53,850 nt of DNA from Chara braunii (GCA_003427395.1 BFEA01000027.1:4159439-4213288), one strand, 5' to 3'. Numbered from the stretch's first letter, positions 11,261 to 23,702 are shown. A program made the numbers and translations. Notes: generated by a model not told the origin, from the sequence alone.

Positions 11261-13082
11261 CACTGTCAAAAGTGATGCGGCAGTCGACGATGGCAGTTGT
11301 GATCTCGCTCAACATCCCTCTTCCTCTCTGATTCTACTCCTTCCTCTCTCTCCTCTCACATCGTATATTCTTACCTTCACTCTCTTACTCCCCCCCTCTC
11401 TCTGCGCGGCCCCTAGCATATGAATGCACCTGGTCATTTGCACGACCAGGTTCATTTGAGGCCACGGTCGACGAAGACTTCGGATCAGGAGAGGGTCACG
11501 ACAGTGATCCCACTTGTAATAAGCACGATGCACAACTCGGGCGTGATGGGGAGCACAATCACAAAGATGATCACTTTGTCGATCTTGCAACAACGAAGAT
11601 GACAAAGGCAAAGCACACGATACCGTTGATGATGAGCTGAGGCGCGCGACAATGGGCCATGCCCCACTACACACCAAATGTGCAAAATGAGAATGAATCT
11701 TCTACTAAAAACTTGGAAGATTCACTCCCACTTGAGCATTGCCCGTCACTGCTACGCAGCCCCTTTCAACAATATTGGTCGAACCATCACTCAAACCCAA
11801 ATTTTGGCACAATCCTTCAAAACCTCCAACTAGCATCTTAGTTTGGCAAAATCGGTCAAGAAATGACCGAGATACAACCTCGTCTTCTTTCTCCTTTCCC
11901 TCTCGACTTTTCTTCCAATACGTTCGCGCATCCTCTTTTCACTCTACCACCTTATTTGCCCTACTAACTACCAAATTAACATCGGATTCGGGATCGCCCA
12001 TCCAAAAGAACCCTATCTCGCATCTCCCCGCGTCAAATTCCGTTAAGTATAAACTAGGCTATGAATTCCTCCTTCCACCATACTCGTTACCTTGTCCGCC
12101 TTCGTCACTTTCCCATATTTTCCTTCACGTGCCTGGACTAGATCCCGACCAAGTTCATGCATCTTCGTTTAGTTGTTTTGTCTCTCTTTTCCCCTGTCTA
12201 TCCCACAATCCTACTACTTACCTTTCTTCCTGTCTCTCGTCGTCGTCTTGCTTTGCTTCCCTCTCCCTTCTTCTCTCCCATCCACCTTCTTCCTCGCTTC
12301 TCTGGTCGTCTCCTTTCCTCTATTGACCCTTAGCGCAGTCCGTCGTGTCCTTCGACAGTACTCTAGCACAGCCCAACGTCGGATACAGTCTGATCACACT
12401 TGTCATATGAAGGAAACAGCGAAGGGAACTGGCTACCAATCGATCGATAAGTCTTTCGCCCCCATACCAAAAGTCCTAGGAATAATTTGCATGTAAGATC
12501 TGTTGTGAGCCACCGCGGGGATAACTTCAGAGGGAGCCAGCTACTAAGGGGTTCAATAGTCTTCCACTCCTGTACCCGAGTCCAAACGAACGATTCCCAC
12601 GTGAGTGTCGCTGCATGCTCTCATCCCATCGGAGCATGCCTCAAGTTGTGCCTTGCCCAGGCACAAACCACTAACTTTCGGGTCCCACGGGCCTGCTCAT
12701 ACTCGAGTACCCTCTGGTTGTGCGTTGCCCAGTCACAGTCTAACATCTTTCAAGTCCCATGGACCTGCTCATACTCAAATCTCTCTGCATCAGATCCTGG
12801 CTAGTGGATGATACATCTGCAGGAGATCCCGACCACTCAGGATCCCGCTGCTCCGTGGGCTTTGCACCCACAGGCTCACCTATACGTCGCCCTCGTCGGT
12901 CTATCCTTTCAAGACAGGGAGGATAGAGGAACACGCAGGAACCCAAACGGACCCGCAAAAAGAGGCGCGTGCTCAAGGTCCTTGACCGCCGTGACGGACA
13001 CCCGTGGGGAGGGTTTCTATTGCTCGCCATTGTAAAGTCAGTTGCAGCAGTCCATGTTGGCCTGCACCCTACTGACAGTGAA

Positions 13083-13606
13083 CAACAGAAAAAATTCCCA
13101 GAATTAAATAATCATTCTATAGTAAAATTACATTCGAAATTTTAAATTTTCATTCCATCTTTAAAAATGTCATTCCAATTTTAAAATTTTTCGTCTTACT
13201 TGAAAAACTTTCCTTCCAAGGATGAGGTATCCCTTCTTATTTGAACTGCATGCTAGAGATGGAATGACAGTCTAGATGAGTTAATCAAATATTTTAATTG
13301 GACTGTCATTCTAAGTAAGAATTTTTAGTCATAAATAAACTAATTCAATCTAAATTAGAAGAAATTTATTGTAGTAGAATGAAAGTTTAATTAAAAATAT
13401 TCATAAACTCATCCAGACTTTCATTCCATCTTGAACAAATAGATGTACTTGGAAGGGAAAACTCATATTTAAACAAGAACTTATCAAATAAAACTGGAAA
13501 TTTTAGAATTGGACGAACATTAGAATGATAATTTATGAATATGAAGGATTTTTTTTTTTATGGAATGTTTCTTCAACTTTCATTTCTCGTAGGAATTTTT
13601 CCGTTG
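13083..13606 (+). mobile_element. ~520-bp AT-rich MITE, copy 1 (TIR CAACAGAAAAATTCC-like, 2-bp TSD AA)
   Basis: Ends caacagaaaaaattcc / ggaatttttccgttg; flanked aa|...|aa; closely similar to three other copies. Confidence 0.92.
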
Positions 13607-14027
13607 AAGGAGGGTGGTGACGCAGACGTCGTTCACTCCATCTGCTTCTTTGCCCAACCATTTTAAAGCACTTTTTGACTTTCTTTCGAAGTTTTTTTCA
13701 TCCTTCCTTCGTGGTACTTTTTCGCCATCGGTCTCGGAGATAGTTTTCAGCCTGGCCAAAAAACAAGAAAAAATAAATAAATAGAGAAAAATAGAAGGAG
13801 TAAATTTAAAATTAAATTAATAAAAATAGGGAACTGTTGGAAGGCGTGGACTCACTACCACCCTCTTGGTCTCGCTAGTCGAACCCAAACCCGGACCCGT
13901 CCAATAAAACCAAGGGGAATAGTCCCACAAAATCCTCGACCCCTCAGTTTCCGTCGGTCGTGCTCCTTCGCTTCATCGCCATGTGCTGACCTCGAACCTC
14001 AAACCCGTCGCTTGAAAGTTTGGTAGT

Positions 14028-14482
14028 GTTGTCGAGCGCATCAGCCCCCGCGCGAGCGAGGGCCCTCCCGGCCACGTCACGCAGGAGTTACACAACAAAA
14101 CAAAATCCGGAGACAACTTAGGGACAACGCGAAGTAGTTTTCGTGAGCCACCGAGGCGGTGCGCGGTCACATTGTCCCTACGCCGCTCTAGCCGGATGCG
14201 CCAGCTGTACATCCCGCAGTCCCCTACGACAGGATAGGTTCCCGCGGGGCATAAGCTTGCTTCCCTAAGGGGCTGTCACCACCCTTAGCGGCGTATCCCT
14301 ACCAAGCTACCGACCCACGTGCGAAAGCTTCTAAATGCAATTGCAGAGGTGGGTCGGCCGAAGACGTTTGCTCGCATGCTGTAGTAAAGGTATATGGGAT
14401 TAAACACCTATTGAACCCGGACGCCGTCCGTCACTTAGGGCGCTGATCTCCTAAGGATGAAGCTTACGCAGGTCGACTAGAG
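14028..14482 (-). repeat. Conserved non-coding block X, copy 3 (inverted)
   Basis: Reverse complement contains ctagtcgacc, cctctgcaattgca, ttcgcacgtgggtc, ggtgacagc, cctatcctgtcgtaggg, ctcctgcgtgac, tgcgctcgacaac. Confidence 0.8.
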
Positions 14483-15155
14483 CGGTTTCAGTCAAGTATA
14501 GAAACCAACAACAACTTGACCCTAGTCCCTTGTACACAATTTCATCATACAAATATAGGTATATATATAATTTATTCAGACGAAATCACCAAGAATAATA
14601 CACATGAAGTCACTCTTTCAAATCAACCATCTTAATAATTATAGCACAACGCTTTAATGGGTTTGGTCTGACGAAAAAGGATCATGCTATCGTGTTTTCG
14701 TACTGATCGTCGATATGGTTGACACATAATTTTCCTTTTTCAAGTTTTTTAAGCTAAAGTCAGACTTTTTTCAAGTCTGAATTTAGAACAATATTGTGTC
14801 TACTGAAGCTTGTCGTGGTTAGCTTTTGCAAGTAAATACTACTGGTATCATGCAAATCAACAAGTTATCTGGTTCCTAACCGAAATTTCAACTCTCGATT
14901 CGATCTCATCTCAGCCATCGCCTCCTTTTAGCTTCAACATACGCATGTGGTTACCCCTCAATGCATAAGCATGATAGTGCCATCATCGGGGTAATCCAGA
15001 TACTATCCATCTGACAGTCCTATCTAAATAGAGTGTTTTGTTTTTGTTTTGTTTAAAGATTACCTCATGAAGTCATGAATCATATGACCTCCTCAACAGG
15101 ACACGTCTATGTGAGGTGTTTTCTGAGACTCAAGTAGGATATCAGAAGGCGGTGT

Positions 15156-15707
15156 CTAACCCAAGTAGATCTGTCGTCCTCCGCGCACCCGTGTCTCCAA
15201 TGAATCCAGTCGTGCAAGCTCAATGTCGTCGAATGTCAGGATAGTCTTTCGCTCACCTCGCATGACTCTAATGATCCGAGTGTCATAGAGAGAGGTCATC
15301 CGTAAGGCTAATCTCGATACTATGACTCGCAGAGGCCGACTGAGTCCAAATAGGTGTCGGGTCTCCGTGTCCTGGATTCGGACGACGCCGAAGCGTCTAC
15401 CGGACGAGGTAATCATGATGCTCACAATGACTCGGGAGAGACATTGAAGATTGCTCGCACGGTGGAAATATAAAGTATATCCAAAAAACTCATCTGGGGT
15501 CCGAGCCGTATTGGCTCGAAAATCCGCGCGAGTATTAGAAAAAAATATCTCGCCGTTGCGGAGCAATCCAATGAAGCCGATCCATTCAGTAGGAGAACCA
15601 TCTTGAACCCGCAAAAGTTGCTCCGCTCCTCTGATGAGATCGTCCTCATGCGTATCACGAACCAGCAGGTACCTCGGGATCATCAAGTCTCGTCGTTTTT
15701 CAGGCAT
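15156..15707 (-). CDS. Hypothetical 183-aa protein carried between blocks Y and X
   Basis: Open ORF with globular-protein-like composition; ATG immediately follows an acceptor-like 'ttttttgttctaatacgcag'. No family recognised. Confidence 0.5.
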   Translation of the reverse strand: MPEKRRDLMIPRYLLVRDTHEDDLIRGAEQLLRVQDGSPTEWIGFIGLLRNGEIFFSNTRADFRANTARTPDEFFGYTLYFHRASNLQCLSRVIVSIMITSSGRRFGVVRIQDTETRHLFGLSRPLRVIVSRLALRMTSLYDTRIIRVMRGERKTILTFDDIELARLDSLETRVRGGRQIYLG

Positions 15708-15731
15708 CTGCGTATTAGAACAAAAAACGCA

Positions 15732-16245
15732 TTAGTCGCATAGTCGTTCTTCGAGTTCGTCATCCTTATTTTGCCAGACATACTCTGAGAATGGTTCAAC
15801 TTGTAGAATGATGAACCTACTCGCCTGTACTCGTCTTGTGTGATATATGCCAAAGAAAGGACCTTGTCGTTCGTTTAGCCAAAGTACGATACAAACTAAA
15901 GTCAGCCTTATCTCAGGAATTTCACCTATTCGAGGGTTTATCTTATAAGGCTGCATCGCTACCAAATTAATGCTGACGAACTCATAATCGGGCAGTGGTG
16001 GCACGAATTCATAGTGAAGGATGTCCAGTCTTGTTCTTGATCTGAAAATGAGTCGCCTAGGAGGATTCCCCGCACTGCCATCCCAGAACCTTGGAACATC
16101 CTCCTCTGAGTATAATTCATAAGGATTATAAACGAGTCGTCATATTCTCTCTAGTCTTTCTCCATTAAGTCTTTGGGATTCGACCCTTTCTGCCGCTGCG
16201 TCACGATTGCGGAAGAGGCAACAGTCCGTCGTCCCTACCGACAAC
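15732..16245 (-). pseudogene. Hypothetical protein ORF with one in-frame stop, upstream of the 183-aa ORF
   Basis: Frame of ORF 15732..16004 extends upstream (ERLERI*RLVYNPYELYSEEDVPRFWDGSAGNPPRRLIF...) toward a pyrimidine-tract/CAG acceptor at ~16245. Confidence 0.4.
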
Positions 16246-16611
16246 TGAAAAGAAAGACGAGAGCAATTAAGTTAAAATTTCTATTATTTATACATTATTC
16301 TTTTCACTGGTTCGTGCTTCTTTTGGCACGACCCTCCACGATAAGAGTGCCTAACTGCACTCTGCTTAAACTAGTATCACATGAACTGTGCTGCTTATGG
16401 CACCAGTTTCCCATGCGTTAGTGACTCTTACTATGACCACCAGTAGGGTATATTACAACTGTCCTTCTTTACGTGAGGCGCCAAGAAATTTCCTGAGACC
16501 TTTCCGTGAATATACGCATATCCTTCCCCTAGGAGGTGGTTTGGGATACCCCTGTCCTCGCCCGAGAGAACCTCGGATCTCAAAAGTCGGGCTGGCTCCA
16601 CCACAACAGCA

Positions 16612-16705
16612 TGGTACCCCCCCGCAGAGCAGTCCACTCCGAGTCGATAACAGGGTCGGCCCCTAAGGCAACGAACCCCCGCCTTAGATGCCTCCTAGAG
16701 AAAGG
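16612..16705 (-). repeat. Diverged block-Y-like segment
   Basis: Reverse complement 'aaggcgggggtt...ccttaggggccg...ctctgcggggg..gtacc' vs block Y 'aaggtgggatt...ccgtagggccg...ctctgtggggagtgtacc'. Confidence 0.45.
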
Positions 16706-17089
16706 AAAGGAATCTATCACGGTGAACCAACGACCTCTTGCCGCCTGTCGTCAAGAATAACTTAGACGAAAAATGATCACAGAAAGGAAAGTCATTCACA
16801 CGAACGGGCATAGATTGAGAGGGTCATTCGGGAAAGAACTAGTGACCTTGGGAAAATTCTATGTCAGTTCATACTTTTCTTCTTTGTGATCGCTTTATTT
16901 TTCGTCGTCTTATTTTTTCTTTCGGTTTAACACATACATATAAGTGCGGAGAAGTGAGAACAACCAAACATTAGTCATCTCAAGGTCGACCCACTTCCAT
17001 TTCAATAAGCTACACCTGCAGTCGAATCAAATGCACAAGCGGTTATCGGGTAGCTGAAAATTCAGCAATGAAAATTCTGAAGTGAAAGT

Positions 17090-17552
17090 TTTTGACAGTT
17101 TGAAAATCCTGAATGATCCTGAAGTGGTGAAAGGTCCAAAGACCCTGAAAACCACCTGTTTAGGCAGGCTACATCCTGAAGTGGTGAAGGGTGTCCTGAA
17201 GTGGTCAAGTGAAGAGTTTTTGGCAGTCTAAAAATCTTGAATGGTCCTGAAGTGGTGAAAGGTCCGATGATCATGAAAACCACCCTTCACCGCTTCAGGA
17301 TGCAGCCTCCCTAAACAGGTGGTTTTCAGGGTCTTCGAAGCTTTCACCACTTCAGGACCATTCAAGATTTTCAGACCTGAATGGTCCTGAAGTGGTGAAA
17401 GGTCCGAAGACCCTGAAAACCACATGTTTAGGCAGGCTGCATCCTGAAGTGGTGAAGGGTGTCCTGAAGTGGTGAAAGGTCCGAAGACTCGGAAAACCAC
17501 CTGTTTAGGCAGGCTGGATCCTGAAGTTGTGAAGGGTGTCCTGAAGTGGTGA
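17090..17552. repeat. Complex minisatellite based on CCTGAAGTGGTGAA with an internal inversion
   Basis: About 10 motif copies; 17285-17371 is the reverse complement of its neighbours. Confidence 0.9.
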
Positions 17553-18039
17553 TAAAAAATACAACTGTTGTTAACCTTCTCTCATCAAACGACAAGTTCA
17601 ATAAAAGAAACAATACAAATTCAAACTCAGGTCAGACTTACATTCACACGCGTCAACACACATTTCCTCTACCTTTCAGTGAACATTCAAAGAACAGGGT
17701 CAAGCAAAGTGTGGGTTCACTCAAGCGTGAAAGGGTCTCAGTCAAACTGACTGTCCACTGACCTTGAGTGAAGTTTGTACGGCACACTCAAGAAGACCGT
17801 ATAGAATTACACCCCTTTTGGACGAGAAGGTAGTCGTCCCCAGTCGTCAGCAAAGTGATTGACACCACTCTCTTGCTGCGACCATCTGCCACAACACCCC
17901 CTCACTTACTTTTCAGTAAGTGTCGCCGCCACTCACTGCCGTCAAGTCCACGCCTCCTCAAAAGACACCACTCTGACGGCACCTTCACTGCGCCAATGCC
18001 CAGTTGTGGCTCAACACAAAAATATTGTTGACACTTCTG

Positions 18040-18465
18040 TAAATTATGTGCCGTCGTAAAAAAATCGACAGCGCTTCCGCACTTCCGCCATCTAACTCGG
18101 TGCCGCCGCCGTAGAAATTCAGAGGCGCTTCCGCACCACTGTCATAAAACTTAGTGCCGCTGCTGCAGAAATTCAGCAGCGCTTCCGCACCACCGCCGTA
18201 AATCTTAGTGCCCGCAACCGCAGAAATTCGACAGCACTTCCGTACCACCGTCGTAAAACTTAATGCCACCGCCGCAGAAATTCAGCAGCATTTTCGTACC
18301 ACCGCCGTAAAACTTAATGCCTCCGCCGCAGAAATTCGGCAGCACTTTCGTACCACCGCCGTAAAACTTAATGTCGCCGCCACATAAATTTGGTAGCACT
18401 TCCGTACCACCGCCGTAAAACCCGGAGTTACCGCCGGCCACCGCTGTAATATTTTGGCAACTTCC
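18040..18465. repeat. Minisatellite, ~51-bp unit
   Basis: 'gccgcagaaattcggcagcacttccgtaccaccgccgtaaaacttaat'-like units repeated. Confidence 0.9.
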
Positions 18466-19828
18466 CCACTATAGTGGAAAAATACCTGGCCAAAATTGGT
18501 AAAATTTGGGCCCCAGGCCCAAATTCCACAGCGTCGTACTGCCGCAGTCCCGCAGTGCACCTGGGTCAGCCCTGTAGGACCACCACCAGCCAGAGGAGAG
18601 GGGAGCAGAGTGCTCCCTGCCTTGGCTATGGCTGCCCAACTCTCCTCCTTGCACTCCTCAGCAGGTCTCCAGCTTTCTCCTCTCGTTGGTCAGGCACCAG
18701 CTCCAGCAGCCAGCAGCACTCACAAGTGCTCGTCACACACTGGCATCACGAGTGCATTGTGTGGCAGCTGGGGGACAGTTGCCTGTTATATACTGGCTGA
18801 AGAGGGTTGGACGTCACTCCAACCCCCAGGCAAAATCGCGGGCTCACTTCGAGCCCTTGATCTGCCAAGATCTAGGGTTGACTGTGGTCGCACCACAGCC
18901 ACAGCCTTAGTGTGGGGCAGTTTCTTTAACTGCCCCATTTTATTTTTCCTTTTCTTTTTCCCAGCTATCTCGGAATTTCACGAGATAGCTGGGCTCCTTC
19001 CATTTCAAAATCTATTTTTCTTTTATTTTTCTGATAAGGGGTTGGAAAGATACAACCCCTTACAGTTTGATGTATCTGGACCCTTTTCCCAGGGCAGATA
19101 CATCGGGAAAAAGGTTGCACCTAGCCTTTTCCTTAGTGACTCTTCAATTTTCAGGCTCCCTTAAAAAACGGAAGCCTAACAGTTACTAGCACCACGTGAG
19201 GACAAGTGTCCTCACGTAGAATAAAAAAAACAACAAAAGAAAATAATAAATAAAAACTAACTTCTAATTTTTCCTGCACCTGGCTCTTTCCTCAGCCAGG
19301 TTCGTGCTGTTGCATGCATCAACCCTCCTCCTTTTGCTCTGCCCTCCCCTGAAAACGAGAAGGGCAGTTGTCAGTTTGGGAGGAGTAGGTCCTCCTCCTC
19401 CCAACTGCCTCGTTCTCCCTCTCATCAACTCCCTCAGCCCTTTCCCACACGCGCACGCTGTGGGCCACGAGATTTGAGATCTCGCGTCCACAGTTGTTCT
19501 TCCTAAAACAAAGTAGGAGCTCTTCTTGCTCCCATATAGTCGCAAAGACTGTACTTTTGTCCCACAAGGCAGTTGCCTCGTTTTCGTTTTGTTTCCTTTT
19601 TTTTTTTTTTTTTACAGTTTTTAGTTTTTCTTTGTTTCAGCCCCCCCCCGTTTTCCTTGTTTGGTCGAGCCTTAACGGTTCACGAACGGGGAAGGGGAGA
19701 AAACAAAAAGAACTAAAACAACAAAAAAAACTTACCTTGTTGCTCATCTGCATACCCCTGAGTTCTGAGGTAGATTCATTCGATTTTGCTCATCCTGTGG
19801 TTGGTTTCCTCGACGAGGAGCCAACCTT

Positions 19829-19867
19829 AGGTAGGTCGGTAGGTAGGTGGGTAGGTAGGTGGTCTTT

Positions 19868-19950
<83 letters not shown>

Positions 19951-19955
19951 TTCTC
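19829..19955. repeat. (GGTA)n and (CT)n microsatellites
   Basis: Directly visible. Confidence 0.95.
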
Positions 19956-20117
19956 TGTGCCTGAACCTAGACGCTATCGGCGCCGGGTTCAGGCGCAAAG
20001 GCTGACTGTCGAGGAAAGGACCTCCTGATGAGTCGGTGAAATCCCGACGAAACGGTTTGTTCAGCCCGTTCGTTTTCAACGAACGGGCGTTTTGCTGGTA
20101 GCTTGTAAAAAAAAACG

Positions 20118-20148
<31 letters not shown>

Positions 20149-20444
20149 AAAAAAAATCTAGGAAAAAAATAAAACCAACTTACCTCAAAAACGGTTGCCC
20201 GTTTTCAACGGGCGCCTGTGTCTCTTCTGGGGACTTACAACCCACTGCCTCATCTTCTTGCGCCATCTGGCGCGTTAGATCGTAGTTTTTTTTTTTTTTA
20301 GGGTAATAATAAAAATCGTTGGCTTATGCCAACGTTTACTGCTATGTGCCCTTGGGCACATCTTCTGGCGCCAAGTGGCGCTGTTTTGGCTTTTTATTTG
20401 TTTATTTATTTTTATTTTTATCTTTATTATTTTTATTTTTATTA

Positions 20445-20476
20445 CGTGTTATCCTTGCGCAGGGTCATGCTAATCT
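20445..20476 (-). pseudogene. U6: U6 snRNA fragment (internal stem-loop region) followed by an A-rich tail
   Basis: Reverse complement AGATTAGCATGACCCTGCGCAAGGATAACACG vs U6 AGATTAGCATGGCCCCTGCGCAAGGATGACACG. Confidence 0.8.
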
Positions 20477-20556
20477 CGCGTGGCTAATCTCGATCGCGCG
20501 ATCTTCATGATCGTGCGGTCGAGATTGATCGCGCCCTTCAAAAAAAAAGCAGCTCT

Positions 20557-20649
20557 AAAAGGAGTTGCGCCCAGTAGGGCTTGTTAGATTCGATCCCGAC
20601 ATCAGTCGGGTGAGCGTTTGGCATGTTACCTACTGGGCTAGCTCCTTTT
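20557..20649 (-). other. tRNA-like/SINE-head hairpin with Pol III A- and B-box-like motifs
   Basis: Minus strand 'ggagctagcccagtagg' (A-box-like) and 'gggatcgaatct' (B-box-like); the two ends are inverted repeats. Confidence 0.45.
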
Positions 20650-22114
20650 CACATGAGTTAAGATCACGACTCTTCTATTTGAAGAACTGCCCTCAGTAGG
20701 ATTTCTGGTTGTGGCTTAGGGTCGGCTCAGCCTGCCACACTTTGCCAACGGGCGCGCCGCTGTCGACCTGGTGTCATCCCGGCCCCGGCGGCTCGTGGCT
20801 CAGTAGCCTATAGCCGGCGGCCATGGCACCAGGCCCTTTGTACGAAGCAAACCCCGTGGCTTAAAAAAAAAAAACCTCCTAGCTTTCTTTACGTCGCGGC
20901 CTTGTTTCTAGTGCGGCCACTTCTTTTCGAGCCTACTTAGGCCCTTAATCGCGCAGCTTAACAGCCGCGCGACATTGTTTTAGGTAGAATAGGTCTAGCT
21001 TTAGTCTTTCCACGGCCGAGCATCCCTGTGATCTAACCGAAACCTGCGGACGAGTTGGAACTTTCCAATAGCATGTCTTATTTCATCATACCAATTACCA
21101 CAAACTTTCATCAAAGTTTGGACTTCGTCCGACATTGAAAATACAGGGCAGATACCCTTGCCAGGGTTTCTGTCCCGACACCGTAACCAATAGAACCAAG
21201 CCAGGGCTGAGCTAAGTAGGCGTGAACCTCTATATAAACAGTCTAAGGGGAGTGATTTGAGCTATCAGCAGAGAATCGCTCTTCGCCTTGGCCCCTCGGC
21301 CAGTCCCCCGACCGCCAGATGATGTCGTTCGTGCCTAGGTTCATAGTTGTGTGGTACCATGGCCGTCGAGCACACCACATGCATCGCCGAAAATCTCGAC
21401 TTTCCTCATGCCAAGTTTGAAACAGTCGTTCCTTTCGACGTGTCGTCCCACATAATTTTACCACGCGTACACAAGGTAAGGTCTTTTATCTTCTTGGCCA
21501 CGTGTCCCACCAGAGGCCGAACTAGTTGCGACGTAAAGCTAATCCTTAAAAATAGAAGAAAAATATAACGAAAATAAAAGAACTTCAGAAAGCAGGGGGT
21601 TAACCGGACCCTATGGCTCTGGCGCCTTCCGCCACCCAGGAATTGCTACTAACTAAACGGTCATCTCGCCATGCTACGCAATAATGTGGGGCCCACACAC
21701 TCTCTAATTCGATCGTATTTGGTTCGGACTCTCGCAGAAAGTGAGTTTGTTTAGATTAGCGCCCCGATTGGATTTGTCTCATCAGTGCATTACATTTACG
21801 AAGGACGTACCCAGTGTGACGTTTAAAAACAACGACAGATACTCTTGTAAGGGTGTTTGCTACGACAACGTGACATTTATTAGTGAGCCTTAACAATTTA
21901 CAGATGATATGCAAGAATCAATTTATAGTTTGAATCGCTCAATTCACAAATGTGACGAATTATATATATGCGGTTTGAGATTTAATATAACTGATTGATC
22001 AATGCTCTCATTAATTAGTCGATCGATTGATCAATTATGTTACTGATGAGTCACACATATACCTATTAGAAAGTATGCAATCAGGCGAATACACTCGTTT
22101 ATTATGTTAACCAT

Positions 22115-22884
22115 CAGGGTTGTCGGCGTTCGGGACGGGCCGAACGCCCGAACCCGAACGCCCGAACGTACAGGACCCCTTCGGAAGGCGTTCGGCCGTT
22201 CGGGCCGAACGTGGACAAAAAAAAAAATAAAAAAACAAAAACGTTTTCAAAAAATTCCGAAAAAAACATATGTCATGGAGAAAAATACACTAAACAACAT
22301 TTTCCTGGGCACTACATCCAAATTCGCTACCCAATTTGAATTAAAAATCAAATACAGAGAATAAACACTATGATAAAAATAAGAAAAAATAAAAAGAGAA
22401 TTAAAATAAGTGAGTGTGCCAGCACCTTTTCGACACCGCCATCTTTGCCGATTTTTAATTAATTTTTGGCATTGACAAATGCCCTGAAAATTTACAGATA
22501 TGTAGTTTACATAATCAGTAACTCATTAAAATATTTTCAAAAAATAATAAAATTTGTTAGGCCCTGAAATAAAGTGAAAACAAAAAGTTAAAAGTGAAAA
22601 AAAAACAAAATAGTGAGTGGGCGAGCACGTTTTGACACCCCATCTTTGACGATTTTTAATGTTTTTTTGGCTTAGCAGAATGGCTTCAAAATTTATAGGC
22701 GTGTAGGTTACATCATAGAGAACCCACAAAAAAAAATTCAGAAAAAAAACTTATTTTTAGGTTCCGAAATTATTTTTTGGCGGGGGCCGAACCTCGAGGT
22801 GTTCGGCCTCCGAACGGGACCTCGAACGCCTGAACCTTCGGGGGCCAGCCCGAGGCCCCCCGAACGTTCGCTCAGGTAACCCTG
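22115..22884. mobile_element. hAT-type MITE
   Basis: Termini CAGGGTT...AACCCTG; 8-bp TSD ttaaccat/ttagccat (one mismatch); subterminal CCGAACG repeats. Confidence 0.85.
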
Positions 22885-23702
22885 TTAGCCATTAAATTTA
22901 TGGATAAGCAAAAAAAAATTGAAAGGAAAAAATGAATTTACCGATATAATTTACCGTAATTTGCTTGCTGGTGTGCCCTTCTGATGACAGTTCAAATTTG
23001 TAGAATTTTAATTTTTTTCTACGTCCGGTATTGCTGCTATGTAGTTGAAATTTGAACCGGACCCCTCAAGCATTCCTTTGGAAAAGGCGTTTCTGTGGAA
23101 TAGTCGTCAAAAAACTTTTAAAAAGTTTGAAAAGTCTTCTGCGAGGACCCCACCGCGGAGGGTGTTTCCCGACAAAATCTTGAAAAAGCTTTCCATAATA
23201 GGAAATGTGCCCGCCAATCGTCCCGAAATCGAAAGTGGTGGTTCGTTTGAGTGACCGCCCGAGGAGCGTAAGAACCATGTAACGTCCTCCATGAAAAACA
23301 CTACTGCTCCAAGAGCCGAACAAACGGTTGGGATGTGACGTACCAGCTTCCGTACCTGAACGATTTGCTGAAGCCCTGATTTTTTGTTCTTTCGGATCTC
23401 TCTTGGGTTTTTGAGGTACCTCTCTTTTTGCTACCACCTAAATGCACGGAATCGCATGTCAACCAGACCCTCTTATGTCTACAACAATGTTCCTTTTGGA
23501 TTTCTCTGCAATGTTTTTCAAAGGAATTACGAGCGCCTTAGAGAGTGCACTATAAATTTTGTTCGGTAGTTGGGAACTCCAAAAATGTTGGGCGCTCTTC
23601 CCACCGACGTGTCATTTCTTGCAAGTGGATAGGCGTAGAATTTTCTCGTACTCAAATTTCACGTGTTGATATTGCTTTTGAATTTTTCAATTTTGAATTA
23701 AC

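Noticed and set aside
13830-13845. Definitive solo-LTR call for member 3 (TGTTGG terminus at ~13837)
   Set aside because: The matching opposite terminus and TSD could not be located.
17090-17552. Hammerhead ribozyme (CTGAAG...GAAA)
   Set aside because: The core reads CUGAAGU rather than CUGANGA, and no stem II or stem III/NUH arrangement is evident.
19494-20079. SL/ER dipeptide-repeat ORFs
   Set aside because: Translations of the (CT)n microsatellite.
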